Assembly: GCA_964486685.1 (NCBI GenBank)
Contig: CAZAOE010000003.1
Span: forward strand, 5,306-69,305
DNA length: 64,000 nt
Direction of reading: 5' to 3'
From: an uncultured Gammaproteobacteria bacterium
GTDB taxonomy: Bacteria > Patescibacteriota > Patescibacteriia > UBA1558 > S5-K13
Positions 1-9,273 of the stretch are shown here, piece by piece (position 1 is the first letter of the stretch; each line of letters starts with the position of its first letter). Both the position numbers and the translations under genes were made by a program. The notes under the pieces are model-generated. The model did no database searches. It saw only the letters and a program-made list of their open reading frames with translations, and had not been told where the DNA came from.

Positions 1-21
1 TACTGAAGATATAAAAAATAA

Positions 22-61
22 TTTAACCCCTCGACAAGCTCTTTAACCCCTCGACAAGCTC
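22..61 (+). repeat. Tandem duplicate of TTTAACCCCTCGACAAGCTC (CCCTCGACAAGCTC REP-like family)
   Basis: Two adjacent 20-nt copies; the same core recurs inside the miaB insertion at 57428-57534. Confidence 0.7.
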
Positions 62-79
62 GTGGTCTGCGACAATTTA

Positions 80-179
80 CCCCAACACCTTTTTTGAAAT
101 GAATTATATTAAAAATTATTATTTTTCAAAAAATATTATGAAATTAAAACATTATATTTTTTGACAAAAAGGTGGGGGG
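80..179. mobile_element. 100-bp MITE-like element with CCCC(N1-2)CACCTTTT terminal inverted repeats and TTTA duplication
   Basis: TTTA|CCCCAACACCTTTTTT ... AAAAAGGTGGGGGG|TTTA with an AT-rich interior. Confidence 0.7.
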
Positions 180-227
180 TTTAGCAATATAACAATTTAA
201 CAATATGAAAATTTTTATCACTGGCGG

Positions 228-305
228 CGCCTACCTTCGCTACTTCCTTCGCTAAAGCTCCGGAGGTCAAGAAAGCTACGGAAGTCAAGAAAGCTACGGC
301 AAGAC
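228..305 (+). repeat. Cluster of CTTCGCTAAAGCTACGG-type REP-like repeats
   Basis: GC-rich CTTCGCTA and AAAGCT(A/C)CGG units; relatives at about 10982-11012, 11183-11223 and 60743-60772. Confidence 0.7.
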
Positions 306-341
306 TTAATTTTAATATCAAAATATAATAATAAACAATAT

Positions 342-1367
342 ATGACGAAAAATAACAAAACTAAAATTTTTATAACTGGCGGGGCCGGCTTTATCGGCAC
401 CAATTTCATCTTATATATGATGGACAAATATCCTGATTATAAAATAGTTAATTTTGATAAATTAACTTACGCTGGAAATCTCAATAATTTAAAAGCAGTG
501 GAAAACAATCCTAATTATGTTTTTGTAAAAGGGGATATTTGTAATGAAAATGAAGTTAAAAAAGCAATGGCTGGCTGTGATTGGATAATTCATTTTGCTG
601 CAGAATCGCATGTGGACAGATCTATAATGGACCCAGACACTTTTGTACAAACAAATGTTTTGGGGACTAATGTACTTTTAAGAAATGCCAAAGAATTGGG
701 CATTAAAAGATTTCATCATATTTCTACGGATGAAGTTTTCGGTGAATTAGGACCAAAGGGTAAATTCAACGAAAAAACTCTTTATGATCCTAGAAGTCCG
801 TATTCGGCCTCTAAGGCCTCGGCTGACCATTTAGTCCGGGCCTATTATCATACTTTTAATTTGCCAATAACAATTTCTAATTGCTCTAATAATTATGGAC
901 CATATCAATTCCCAGAAAAATTTATTCCCTTATTTGCTACTAATTTAATTGAAAACAAAAAAGTACCTTTATATGGAGAGGGCTTGAATGTTCGAGATTG
1001 GATTCATGTTGATGACCACTCTCGCGCCTTAGATTTAATTCTCCATCAAGGCAAAGTGGGGGAGACCTATTGCGTAGGCGGAGATGCAGAAAAAACTAAT
1101 TTAGAAATTACTAATTTAATTTTAGAATATTTTAGTAAAGGCAAAGAAATGATTGAAAAAGTTACTGACCGCCAGGGTCATGACTTTCGTTATGCTATAG
1201 ATTTTTCTAAAATTAAAAATGAACTTGGTTGGCAACCAGAAGTAAATTTTGAAGAGGGCCTAAAACAAACCTTAAGATGGTATCAAGATCATCAGGACTG
1301 GTGGAAACAGATTAAATCTGGAGAATATGAAAAATATTATGAAGAGCAATATATAAATAGAAAATAA
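342..1367 (+). CDS. rfbB: dTDP-glucose 4,6-dehydratase
   Basis: TGGAGFIG, DKLTYAGN, HFAAESHVDRS, STDEVFG, YSASK motifs. Confidence 0.96.
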   Translation: MTKNNKTKIFITGGAGFIGTNFILYMMDKYPDYKIVNFDKLTYAGNLNNLKAVENNPNYVFVKGDICNENEVKKAMAGCDWIIHFAAESHVDRSIMDPDTFVQTNVLGTNVLLRNAKELGIKRFHHISTDEVFGELGPKGKFNEKTLYDPRSPYSASKASADHLVRAYYHTFNLPITISNCSNNYGPYQFPEKFIPLFATNLIENKKVPLYGEGLNVRDWIHVDDHSRALDLILHQGKVGETYCVGGDAEKTNLEITNLILEYFSKGKEMIEKVTDRQGHDFRYAIDFSKIKNELGWQPEVNFEEGLKQTLRWYQDHQDWWKQIKSGEYEKYYEEQYINRK

Positions 1368-1384
1368 CAATTACCAATTAACAA

Positions 1385-1461
1385 TTTTCACCCCCTCTCA
1401 TTCTCCCCCTAAATTAGGGGGAGGTGTCTCGGAGAGACAGAGGGGGTTGAGGGGGTGAAAA
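1385..1461. repeat. Nested palindrome: outer TTTTCACCCCCTC...GAGGGGGTGAAAA around a CTCCCCCT..AGGGGGAG REP
   Basis: Direct reading; the inner REP resembles the in-frame insert in amrS (44605-44650). Confidence 0.7.
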
Positions 1462-1503
1462 TTAATAATATAGATAGAGCCACAAACAAAATCTACAAAA
1501 TTT

Positions 1504-2352
1504 ATGTCTAAAAATCTCAAAATCCTCATCACTGGTGCTCAAGGTATGCTTGGCAAAGATATGGCTGAAGCATTTTTAGATTATCAACCAATTTTATATG
1601 ACCGAGAAAAATTAGATTTAACTGACTTTAATAAAGTTAAAAAAGAACTAAATAAAATAAAACCCGCCTTAATAATAAATTGTGCTGGCTATACTGATGT
1701 GGAAAAAGCCGAGGAACAAGAAGATTTAGTTAATTTAATTAATGGCCAAGTGGTCGGCACTTTAGCCAGTATTTGCAAAGATTTAAATATTATTTTAGTT
1801 CATATTAGTACTGAATATGTTTTTGATGGTAAAAAAGAGGATGGTTATGATGAAAATGACCAGACCAACTCCCAAAATGCCTACGGTAGATCCAAGGCTC
1901 TGGGTGAAAAATTATTAATAGAAAATTGTCAAAAATATTATTTAATTAGAACTTCTTGGCTTTATGGACATCATTCACAAAAAGGCAAGGTCCGCGGAAT
2001 CAATTTTGTAGACAAAATGATTGAATTAGCCGAAGGAAGAGAGGAGTTAGATTTAGTAAATGATCAATTTTCTAAACCCACTTATACTAAAGATTTAACT
2101 CAAGCTATTAAAAAATTAATAAAGGAAAAATATGACTTTGGCATTTACCATTTAGTTAATAAACCGCAAACCACTCCCTATGAATTTGCTCAAGAGATAT
2201 TTAAAATAAAAAAGATTGATATTAAAACCAACCCTATCTCTTATCAAGATTATCCTTCAAAAGTTAATCGACCCATCAATGCTGTTTTAAACAATACTAA
2301 ATTTCCAAAACTTCGCTCTTGGAAAAAAGCTTTACAAGATTATTTAAAATAA
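1504..2352 (+). CDS. rfbD: dTDP-4-dehydrorhamnose reductase
   Basis: TGAQGMLG, NCAGYTDVEKAE, HISTEYVFDG, YGRSK; follows rfbB. Confidence 0.93.
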   Translation: MSKNLKILITGAQGMLGKDMAEAFLDYQPILYDREKLDLTDFNKVKKELNKIKPALIINCAGYTDVEKAEEQEDLVNLINGQVVGTLASICKDLNIILVHISTEYVFDGKKEDGYDENDQTNSQNAYGRSKALGEKLLIENCQKYYLIRTSWLYGHHSQKGKVRGINFVDKMIELAEGREELDLVNDQFSKPTYTKDLTQAIKKLIKEKYDFGIYHLVNKPQTTPYEFAQEIFKIKKIDIKTNPISYQDYPSKVNRPINAVLNNTKFPKLRSWKKALQDYLK

Positions 2353-2408
2353 TGCTCCCGTTTTTTCCACTTACTAAGAAAAAATTAAGAGAGGTTTGTT
2401 ACCTACAT

Positions 2409-2553
2409 TTTCTCCCCTTACCAAGGGGAGATATAGAGGGGTTAAAAATTAACAAAAACAATTCCTATAAAAGCCATAATATAACCTCCCCTTGTCCCTC
2501 CTTGACCTCACCCCGTATAAAGCGAAGCTTTTGTACGGGGGTAAGGAGGGGAA
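2409..2553. repeat. Inverted REP doublet with a nested ACCCCGTATAAA...TTTGTACGGGG hairpin
   Basis: TTCTCCCCTTACCAAGGGGAGA..GAGGGGTT, then AACCTCCCCTTGTCCCCTCCTT...AAGGAGGGGAA interrupted by a second palindrome. Confidence 0.65.
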
Positions 2554-2597
2554 ATTATATTAAAATCTCAGTAAAAAATATTTAAAAATTATTTAAA

Positions 2598-2627
2598 TAA
2601 AAAAGCGCTGACCGTAGAATCAGCGCA
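2598..2627 (-). terminator. Intrinsic terminator of the 2640-3122 gene
   Basis: GCGCTGA...TCAGCGC stem with an A-run on + (U-run on -). Confidence 0.6.
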
Positions 2628-2639
2628 TATTCTAAAAAT

Positions 2640-3122
2640 TTAACTGGGCCAAAAGGTTATCGCCAGCATAGTTCCAGAAATTAACAAGACCTTTAATATT
2701 AAAAAGGGGATTAAAAAACAACTCTTCAATTCGCTATCACTATTACCAGCAGCAACAATACCAGCGGCAATAACACCAACGGCAATAACACCAACGGTGG
2801 CAATGGCAATAACACCAACAATCCTAACACCAGCAACAATAGCAGTAGCAACTGCGGCAATAGCGGCAGCGATAACAACACCCGCGGTAACAACACCAAC
2901 TGCGGCAATAGCAACAAAACCAGCAAGAGCAACAACACCAGCAGCAACAACACCAGTGGCCACGGCAGTAGCAACAACAGCAAGAGATGCAGCACCAGTA
3001 GCCTCATATCGTTCTGCTCCAGTTAGTCCCCAGCCACCCTGAAGAGAAAAAACAGAGATAAATACAGTAATAGCTGTAATGATCATTATTATTTCCCATT
3101 TAAATAATCTTTTTTTATTCAT
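2640..3122 (-). CDS. Hypothetical membrane protein with a low-complexity Ala/Val/Gly/Ile core
   Basis: AGGAGG SD at 3129-3134, TTGACA-17-TAAATT promoter upstream, terminator downstream, hydrophobic termini. Confidence 0.7.
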   Translation of the reverse strand: MNKKRLFKWEIIMIITAITVFISVFSLQGGWGLTGAERYEATGAASLAVVATAVATGVVAAGVVALAGFVAIAAVGVVTAGVVIAAAIAAVATAIVAGVRIVGVIAIATVGVIAVGVIAAGIVAAGNSDSELKSCFLIPFLILKVLLISGTMLAITFWPS

Positions 3123-3383
3123 TTCTGTCCTCCTGTTTATTTAAATTATTTTTTATTACCATAAATTTACGCTTAATCTTATTTTTTGTCAAATCTGAAA
3201 ATTTGACAAATATGTATATATGTACTAATGTATAAAGTTTTAACTTGCCAAAAAATATTATTGTGTTAAGATAGATGGACAATTTATAATTTTCATTTCT
3301 CAATTTTTATTAAATTATCAATTTAAAATTGAGTCATTAAAAATTCAATTTAAATTTATAATTTATAATTTAAAATTAATCCT

Positions 3384-4382
3384 ATGAAGGGTGTTATATT
3401 AGCCGGTGGAACTGGCTCACGCTTAGATCCATTAACCAAAGTAACCAATAAACATTTATTGCCGGTTTATAATAAACCGATGATTTATTATCCAATTGAA
3501 TCTCTAATTAATGCTGGTATTAAAGATATTATGATTGTGTCTGGCAAAGGACATGCTGGAGATTTTTTAGAATTATTGGGCTCAGGACAAAAATTTGGAG
3601 CAAGTTTTTCCTATGCCGTACAAGAGGAAGCCGGTGGAATTGCTCAGGCCCTGGGCTTAGCTGAAAACTTCGTGGACAATGAAAAGGTGGTGGTTTATCT
3701 AGGAGATAATATTTTACAAGATGATATTGGTCCAGCCATAGAAGAATTTAAAAAGGTTACCATGGGCGCCAGAATTTTTCTAAAAAAAGTTAAAAACCCC
3801 CATGCTTATGGTGTCGCTCAAATTAAAGAAAATAAAATCACTAAGGTTGTTGAAAAACCCCAAGAATTTATCAGTGACTTAGCGGTTGTCGGCGTATATA
3901 TGTATGATAATCAGGTTTGGGATATTATTAAAACTTTAAAACCCTCTGGCCGAGGGGAATTGGAAATTACTGATGTAAATAATTTCTATGTCCAACAAGA
4001 TACCATGAAATATACTATCTTAAAAGGATGGTGGGGTGATTGTGGTGAATCAATAGATACTTGGTTAGAGGCTAATAATTTGGTAGCTCAAAATAATAAT
4101 CAACAAATTATTGAAGAATCTTCTCTGCAAATAATTAAAGACACAGCTCGTCAAGTCGTACAAGAGGCCATTAAAATAATCAAAACCGAAACCCCCCAAA
4201 TAGTGGCCGATGAATACAAAAATATAGAAGAAAAAACTGACCAAAAAAATACTTCCTCTTCAGAAGTAAAAAATATTTATCAAAAACCACTTTTAGATTT
4301 AAAAGAGGATGCTCCCAACATGGAAGATATGGAATTCCCAATCGAAAAAGAAACTTCTCTAGAAGATTATTATGCTGAATAA
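3384..4382 (+). CDS. rfbA: Glucose-1-phosphate thymidylyltransferase (RmlA/SpsI-type) with an acidic C-terminal extension of about 90 aa
   Basis: ILAGGTGSRL, NKHLLPVYNKPMIYY, LGDN, EKP, SGRGELEITD. Confidence 0.88.
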   Translation: MKGVILAGGTGSRLDPLTKVTNKHLLPVYNKPMIYYPIESLINAGIKDIMIVSGKGHAGDFLELLGSGQKFGASFSYAVQEEAGGIAQALGLAENFVDNEKVVVYLGDNILQDDIGPAIEEFKKVTMGARIFLKKVKNPHAYGVAQIKENKITKVVEKPQEFISDLAVVGVYMYDNQVWDIIKTLKPSGRGELEITDVNNFYVQQDTMKYTILKGWWGDCGESIDTWLEANNLVAQNNNQQIIEESSLQIIKDTARQVVQEAIKIIKTETPQIVADEYKNIEEKTDQKNTSSSEVKNIYQKPLLDLKEDAPNMEDMEFPIEKETSLEDYYAE

Positions 4383-4384
4383 AA

Positions 4385-5713
4385 TCATTGAATAGTTGTT
4401 TCTATTAGTCCAGTAGGGGTAATATGATAAAAAATATTACCTTTTTTGTTTTGCAAAAAATAATCTGAATTATATATACTATTTAAATTATAAATATTTT
4501 TTTTGTCTCTATTGTCAAGCTCTATGGCATAAAGCTTTTTATCAATAGTATAAAAAACATGATTATTGTTTCGGTGCCAAAAATAATTATCTATTGGCTG
4601 ACTAAATCTATTTACTAAAATTTCTTTTTTTTCAGCAAGATCATAAAACCAAATTTCCAAATTATTATTCATCAAAAGCATTCGATTATATAAATCCCAT
4701 TTAGCGTCTCTAACCTCTGCAATGGTTTTAACCAAATAATCTTCTAATAAATTAGGGTCAATTAAATATAAAATGTCATTATCTTTATCTAATAAACAAA
4801 TATAATCTTTATACGCTAAAATAAAACTATAATTATTAGAAATTTTATTTAAACTTAATAATTTTTCTGAGGTCTTATTTTTCAAATCAAATAAATACAA
4901 ATTATCTTGCTCCCCGTCATTTAAAACATAAAATAATTTATCTTTTTCTGGCTTATAAGATAAAACATTGTCAATATTTATTAATTGGAACTCTTGAGTG
5001 GATATTACAAAACTATAAATATTGTTTTCCAAATCTGAAAAATATATTAAATCAGAATTAAATTTATCCCATTTTAAATCATAAATAGAAAATCCTATAT
5101 AATCATTAATAGCTAATAAATCTTCATTCAAATAAACTGAAGAAATAAAATATTCTTTTCCTATTTTTAATAATATTTTCTGACTATTGGCTGACCACAA
5201 ACTATATTCTGGTTCGTCTATTTTTGTTTCAATATTAATAATCTGATTTTCTGACAAATCAAAAATATTAATATTGCCATTATCCAAATCATAAAATAAA
5301 AGTCGTTGTTTGTCGGGAGAAATTGAAAGTTCTTGAAAATTTCCTTCTTGAATAATTTCTGTTTCAAACTGATTATAAAAAAGAGAAATGTCTTCAATAA
5401 AAACAGTTTGACGCGGTTTAATTAAAAGGATCTTTTCCCAGGATTGATAATTTTCTTTCTCAATTCTAATTTTATATAAATCTGGTTTTAAATGAGTAAT
5501 TTCGCTAGGAGTAATATACTTACTTTCTTTATCATTTAAAAATATTTTTGCATCCCGAGGATAGGATTTAAGATACAAAACACTGGTCTTCTCAAATCTA
5601 TTTTTGGAAAAATTATAAGTATATCCCAAAGACAATAAAATAAAAAAAGACGAGGCGCCTAAAAAAATTAATATTGCCAAAAATAAATAAATTTTTCGAA
5701 CCCAATTTTTCAT
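4385..5713 (-). CDS. Membrane-anchored PEGA-domain protein with a probable beta-propeller
   Basis: N-terminal TM helix; SYPRDAKIFLN...TPSEI..LKPDLYKIRIEKENYQSW PEGA-like segment; SPD/W repeats. Confidence 0.7.
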   Translation of the reverse strand: MKNWVRKIYLFLAILIFLGASSFFILLSLGYTYNFSKNRFEKTSVLYLKSYPRDAKIFLNDKESKYITPSEITHLKPDLYKIRIEKENYQSWEKILLIKPRQTVFIEDISLFYNQFETEIIQEGNFQELSISPDKQRLLFYDLDNGNINIFDLSENQIINIETKIDEPEYSLWSANSQKILLKIGKEYFISSVYLNEDLLAINDYIGFSIYDLKWDKFNSDLIYFSDLENNIYSFVISTQEFQLINIDNVLSYKPEKDKLFYVLNDGEQDNLYLFDLKNKTSEKLLSLNKISNNYSFILAYKDYICLLDKDNDILYLIDPNLLEDYLVKTIAEVRDAKWDLYNRMLLMNNNLEIWFYDLAEKKEILVNRFSQPIDNYFWHRNNNHVFYTIDKKLYAIELDNRDKKNIYNLNSIYNSDYFLQNKKGNIFYHITPTGLIETTIQ

Positions 5714-5875
5714 AAAATTAGTTAAAAGTTAAAAAGCTTCAAGTTACAAAATTTAGTTCAAAAATTAGAACCTTTAACTTACAAGTATCAACTTGAAACT
5801 ATTTATTTTTTCCTGTAGAATTGAGATATTAAATAAATCTAATATTAAACTTAAAATTACTAATTTAATAATAAT

Positions 5876-7129
5876 ATGTCTAGCTTTATTATTCAAGGCA
5901 AACCCAAGCTTCAGGGTGAAATTTCTGTTAAGGGCGCTAAAAATAATGCTTTAAAATTAATTCCGGCAGCTTTATTAACCTCGGAAAAGGTTATTTTACA
6001 TAATGTCCCAAATATTATTGATGTTAATCTAACCCTGGAATTGGCCAAAAGCCTAGGAGCAAAAATAGAAAAAATAGCTGAAAATTCCATATCTATTCAA
6101 GCTGAAAACATTGACTCCCAAAAAATTAATAATGAAATAGCTCGCAAAATACGAACTTCTTTAATGTTCATCGGTCCATTATTACACAGATGTGGAAAAA
6201 TTGAAATACCTCATCCCGGAGGATGTACTATTGGAAAAAGACCAATTAATTTTTTTATTGATTTTTTAAAAACATTAGGAGCTAAAATAGAATTAAAAAA
6301 TAATAATTATCAATTTATCAATCAGGGGCTTAAAGGTAATCGCTATATCTTTCCTAAAATCAGCCATACTGGAACTGAAAGCTTAATACTCACGGCCGTT
6401 TTAGCAGAGGGTCAAACTGAAATAATCAATGCTGCTTGCGAGCCAGAAGTTCAGGCCTTAGCTGATTTTCTAAATTTCATGGGAGCTAAAATTAAAGGAG
6501 CTGGTACGCCTCATATAATTATAACTGGGGTAAAAAAATTAAATGGAACTGAATTTTCTGTCATTCCTGATCGCATAGAAACCGGCAGTTTACTCTGTAT
6601 CGGTGTAGCCACTAAAAGCAATATAAAAATTACAAATTGTAATCCGCAAGACCTTGAAATACCTTTGAAAATTTTGCAACAAATGGGTGTGGAATTAGAA
6701 ATTGGAAAAGATTTTATTGAAATTAAAAAAATAAATAAACTCCAACCAGTTAATATCAGCACTCACGAATATCCTGGCTTTCCCACTGATTTACAATCTT
6801 GCTTTACGGTTTTATTAACTCAAGCTCAAGGCATGAGTTTAGTTCATGAAACAATTTATGAAAGCCGATTATTTTTTACTGACCTTTTGATAAGAATGGG
6901 AGCTAATTTAGTTTTATGCGACCCACATAGAGTAGTAATAAATGGACCTTCAAAATTAAGAGGAAAAAAAGTAGAAAGTCCAGACATCAGAGCTGGACTA
7001 GCCATGCTCATTGCTGGTTTAATGGCTGAAGACGAAACAGAAATAGGCAATATTGAACAAATTGACCGCGGTTATGAAAAAATAGATACCCGCTTAAATA
7101 AATTAGGAGCTAATATTAAAAGAATATAA
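5876..7129 (+). CDS. murA: UDP-N-acetylglucosamine 1-carboxyvinyltransferase
   Basis: KGAKN, PGGCTIGKRP, PDRIE, YPGFPTDLQ, DIRAG, IDRGYE. Confidence 0.96.
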   Translation: MSSFIIQGKPKLQGEISVKGAKNNALKLIPAALLTSEKVILHNVPNIIDVNLTLELAKSLGAKIEKIAENSISIQAENIDSQKINNEIARKIRTSLMFIGPLLHRCGKIEIPHPGGCTIGKRPINFFIDFLKTLGAKIELKNNNYQFINQGLKGNRYIFPKISHTGTESLILTAVLAEGQTEIINAACEPEVQALADFLNFMGAKIKGAGTPHIIITGVKKLNGTEFSVIPDRIETGSLLCIGVATKSNIKITNCNPQDLEIPLKILQQMGVELEIGKDFIEIKKINKLQPVNISTHEYPGFPTDLQSCFTVLLTQAQGMSLVHETIYESRLFFTDLLIRMGANLVLCDPHRVVINGPSKLRGKKVESPDIRAGLAMLIAGLMAEDETEIGNIEQIDRGYEKIDTRLNKLGANIKRI

Positions 7130-7149
7130 TTAAAATACTAAATAAAATC

Positions 7150-8433
7150 ATGGATGAAAACATTTATTTGCAAAATAGAAACCAAAAAAGATTAGAAAAT
7201 AAAAAAACTACCCGCATAATCATTGTATCTCTACTGATAATTGTCAGTTTTTTTATCGGTATTATTATCGGTGTTTCTAATAGTGAAGAAATAAGTCCCA
7301 ATAATGAAGGCAGCGAGGTTTTAAATAAAAATAAGGTTCCAGAATCTTTAAATCAAAACGTGAATTTTAAACTATTTTGGCAAGTTTGGGATTTAATTAA
7401 AAATAATTATGTTGAGCCCGATATTAATGAAATAGAAATGTTTTATGGTGCTCAAGCCGGTCTAGTGGCTTCGTTATTAGATCCTTATTCTGTATTTTTA
7501 CCGCCAGAAATAGCCAAAGAATTTAGCGAAGAACTAAAAGGAAAATTTGAGGGCATTGGGGCTGAAATAGGAATTAAAAACAACCGTTTAACAATTATTG
7601 CTCCTTTACCAAATAGTCCAGCAGAGCAATCTGGTATTAAAGCCGGTGATAAAGTTATTGGTATAGATGGATTGGATACTGCTGGAATTTCTTTAAATCA
7701 AGCTGTTAATTTAATCCGGGGTGATAAGGGCACAGAAGTTATTTTAAGTGTTATACATCAAGATCAAAGCCAAGAAAACATTACTATTATCAGAGATGAA
7801 ATACAATATGCCAGTGTTGAATCAGAGATTGAGGAAGAAGAAATTAGTCAAAAAATAGCAGCCGAAAATATTGGTTATATAGAAATTAGCCATTTTAATG
7901 AAGATACTGAGGAATTATTTAATAAAAAAGTCAATGAACTTATTAGTCAAGGCGTTGATAGTATTATTTTAGATCTGAGAAATAATCCCGGCGGATTTTT
8001 AAGCACCGCCATATCAGTAGCCAGTGCCTGGGTAGAGGATGGGGTGATAGTTAAAGAAAAATTTAGAGATGATTCTAAAACCCAAAATTATTCTGCCCAA
8101 GGTTCAGCTAAATTAAAAGATAAAAAAACCGTTGTTTTGGTTAATGAAGGCTCGGCTTCGGCCTCAGAAATAGTAGCTGGCGCTTTGCAAGATTATGGTT
8201 TAGCTACTATTGTCGGAGAAAAAACTTTTGGCAAGGGTTCTGTTCAGGACTTAACTGAATTAAGCGATGGCTCTTCTGTAAAATTAACTATTGCCAAATG
8301 GCTTACTCCCAATAACAGAACCATAGATAAGGAAGGAATTACTCCGGACATAGAAATAGAATTAACTACTGAAGATTATAATAATGACCGTGACCCGCAA
8401 TTAGAAAAAGCTATTGAAATATTAAAACAATAA
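7150..8433 (+). CDS. ctpA: S41 family carboxyl-terminal processing protease with PDZ domain
   Basis: DPYS, FEGIGAEI, LDLRNNPGG, SASASEI, TFGKGSVQ. Confidence 0.92.
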   Translation: MDENIYLQNRNQKRLENKKTTRIIIVSLLIIVSFFIGIIIGVSNSEEISPNNEGSEVLNKNKVPESLNQNVNFKLFWQVWDLIKNNYVEPDINEIEMFYGAQAGLVASLLDPYSVFLPPEIAKEFSEELKGKFEGIGAEIGIKNNRLTIIAPLPNSPAEQSGIKAGDKVIGIDGLDTAGISLNQAVNLIRGDKGTEVILSVIHQDQSQENITIIRDEIQYASVESEIEEEEISQKIAAENIGYIEISHFNEDTEELFNKKVNELISQGVDSIILDLRNNPGGFLSTAISVASAWVEDGVIVKEKFRDDSKTQNYSAQGSAKLKDKKTVVLVNEGSASASEIVAGALQDYGLATIVGEKTFGKGSVQDLTELSDGSSVKLTIAKWLTPNNRTIDKEGITPDIEIELTTEDYNNDRDPQLEKAIEILKQ

Positions 8434-8434
8434 A

Positions 8435-8713
8435 ATGTTTATAGTGCACATTATAGCCAAAGGCCTGGTGCAGGGTGTTTTTTTTAGATGTTTGGTAAAA
8501 GAATATGCTCAAAAAAATAATATTGTAGGTACTGTGCAAAATTTATCTATTACTAATAAAGTAGAAATCTTTGCTCAAGCCACTGAAGATAAAATAAAAA
8601 ATTTTATCAATTGGCTTGAAAATAGTCCTGGATTATCTAAAATTAATAGAATTGAAATTTTAGAAGAAAAAGAAAATCCTCGTCAACAATACTATAGTTT
8701 CCGCATCCTTTAA
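8435..8713 (+). CDS. acyP: Acylphosphatase
   Basis: GLVQGVFFR and GTVQNL motifs; 92 aa. Confidence 0.85.
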   Translation: MFIVHIIAKGLVQGVFFRCLVKEYAQKNNIVGTVQNLSITNKVEIFAQATEDKIKNFINWLENSPGLSKINRIEILEEKENPRQQYYSFRIL

Positions 8714-8759
8714 CTACCCCTCCTACAACCTAATAAGCTACAAACTAACCCCTAACCAT

Positions 8760-9200
8760 ATGAAAATAATATTTTTACAAGATACGCCTAGCGGTAAAAA
8801 AAACCAAATTAAAGATGTCTCCACTGGCTATGCTTTGAATTATTTAATCCCCAAAAAATTAGCTATCTTGGCTACTAAAGAAGAAATCAAAAAAATCCAG
8901 AATCAACAAGAGCAAATAACTCAAGAAGTTGAAAAAGGAAAAAGACAATCAGACAAAACCATTGATAAAATTAAATCTTTAAAAATTGAAATCAAAGCCA
9001 AAGCCAATCAAGAAGGGCATTTATTTGGTGGGGTTAGCAATGAAGATATCTGCAAAATTTTAAAAGAAAAACATAATTTAGATATTAGTAAAGAAGCCAT
9101 AGAACTAGCGCATCATATTAAAAAAATTGGAAAACATAATGTGCCAATAAAAATAAATAAACAAGAAACAGAATTAAAACTAATTATTAAAGCTGAGTAA
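8760..9200 (+). CDS. rplI: 50S ribosomal protein L9
   Basis: MKIIFLQD..GKK..KDVSTGYALNYLIPKKLA; GHLFGGV. Confidence 0.93.
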   Translation: MKIIFLQDTPSGKKNQIKDVSTGYALNYLIPKKLAILATKEEIKKIQNQQEQITQEVEKGKRQSDKTIDKIKSLKIEIKAKANQEGHLFGGVSNEDICKILKEKHNLDISKEAIELAHHIKKIGKHNVPIKINKQETELKLIIKAE

Positions 9201-9273
9201 ATAATAAACTAAATTCAATTCTCGCTCTAATTCTCTAATTTCAAAATTAGCTACGGGATAAATATTTAACAGG

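Noticed and set aside
221-305. Possible CRISPR array (repeated GTCAAGAAAGCTACGG)
   Set aside because: Units are adjacent with no unique spacers, there are no cas genes, and the sequence matches the dispersed REP family
2319-2585. 88-aa ORF (also 218-427)
   Set aside because: These are translations of REP clusters with no protein-like features
2726-3042. Leu-rich and Ala/Thr-rich alternative-frame ORFs; possible DGR template because of AAC richness
   Set aside because: They are shadows of the triplet repeat; no reverse transcriptase or adenine-mismatched TR/VR pair is visible in the window
8740-8760. CCCTAA telomere-like motif
   Set aside because: One or two units inside a degenerate heptamer family; probably coincidental
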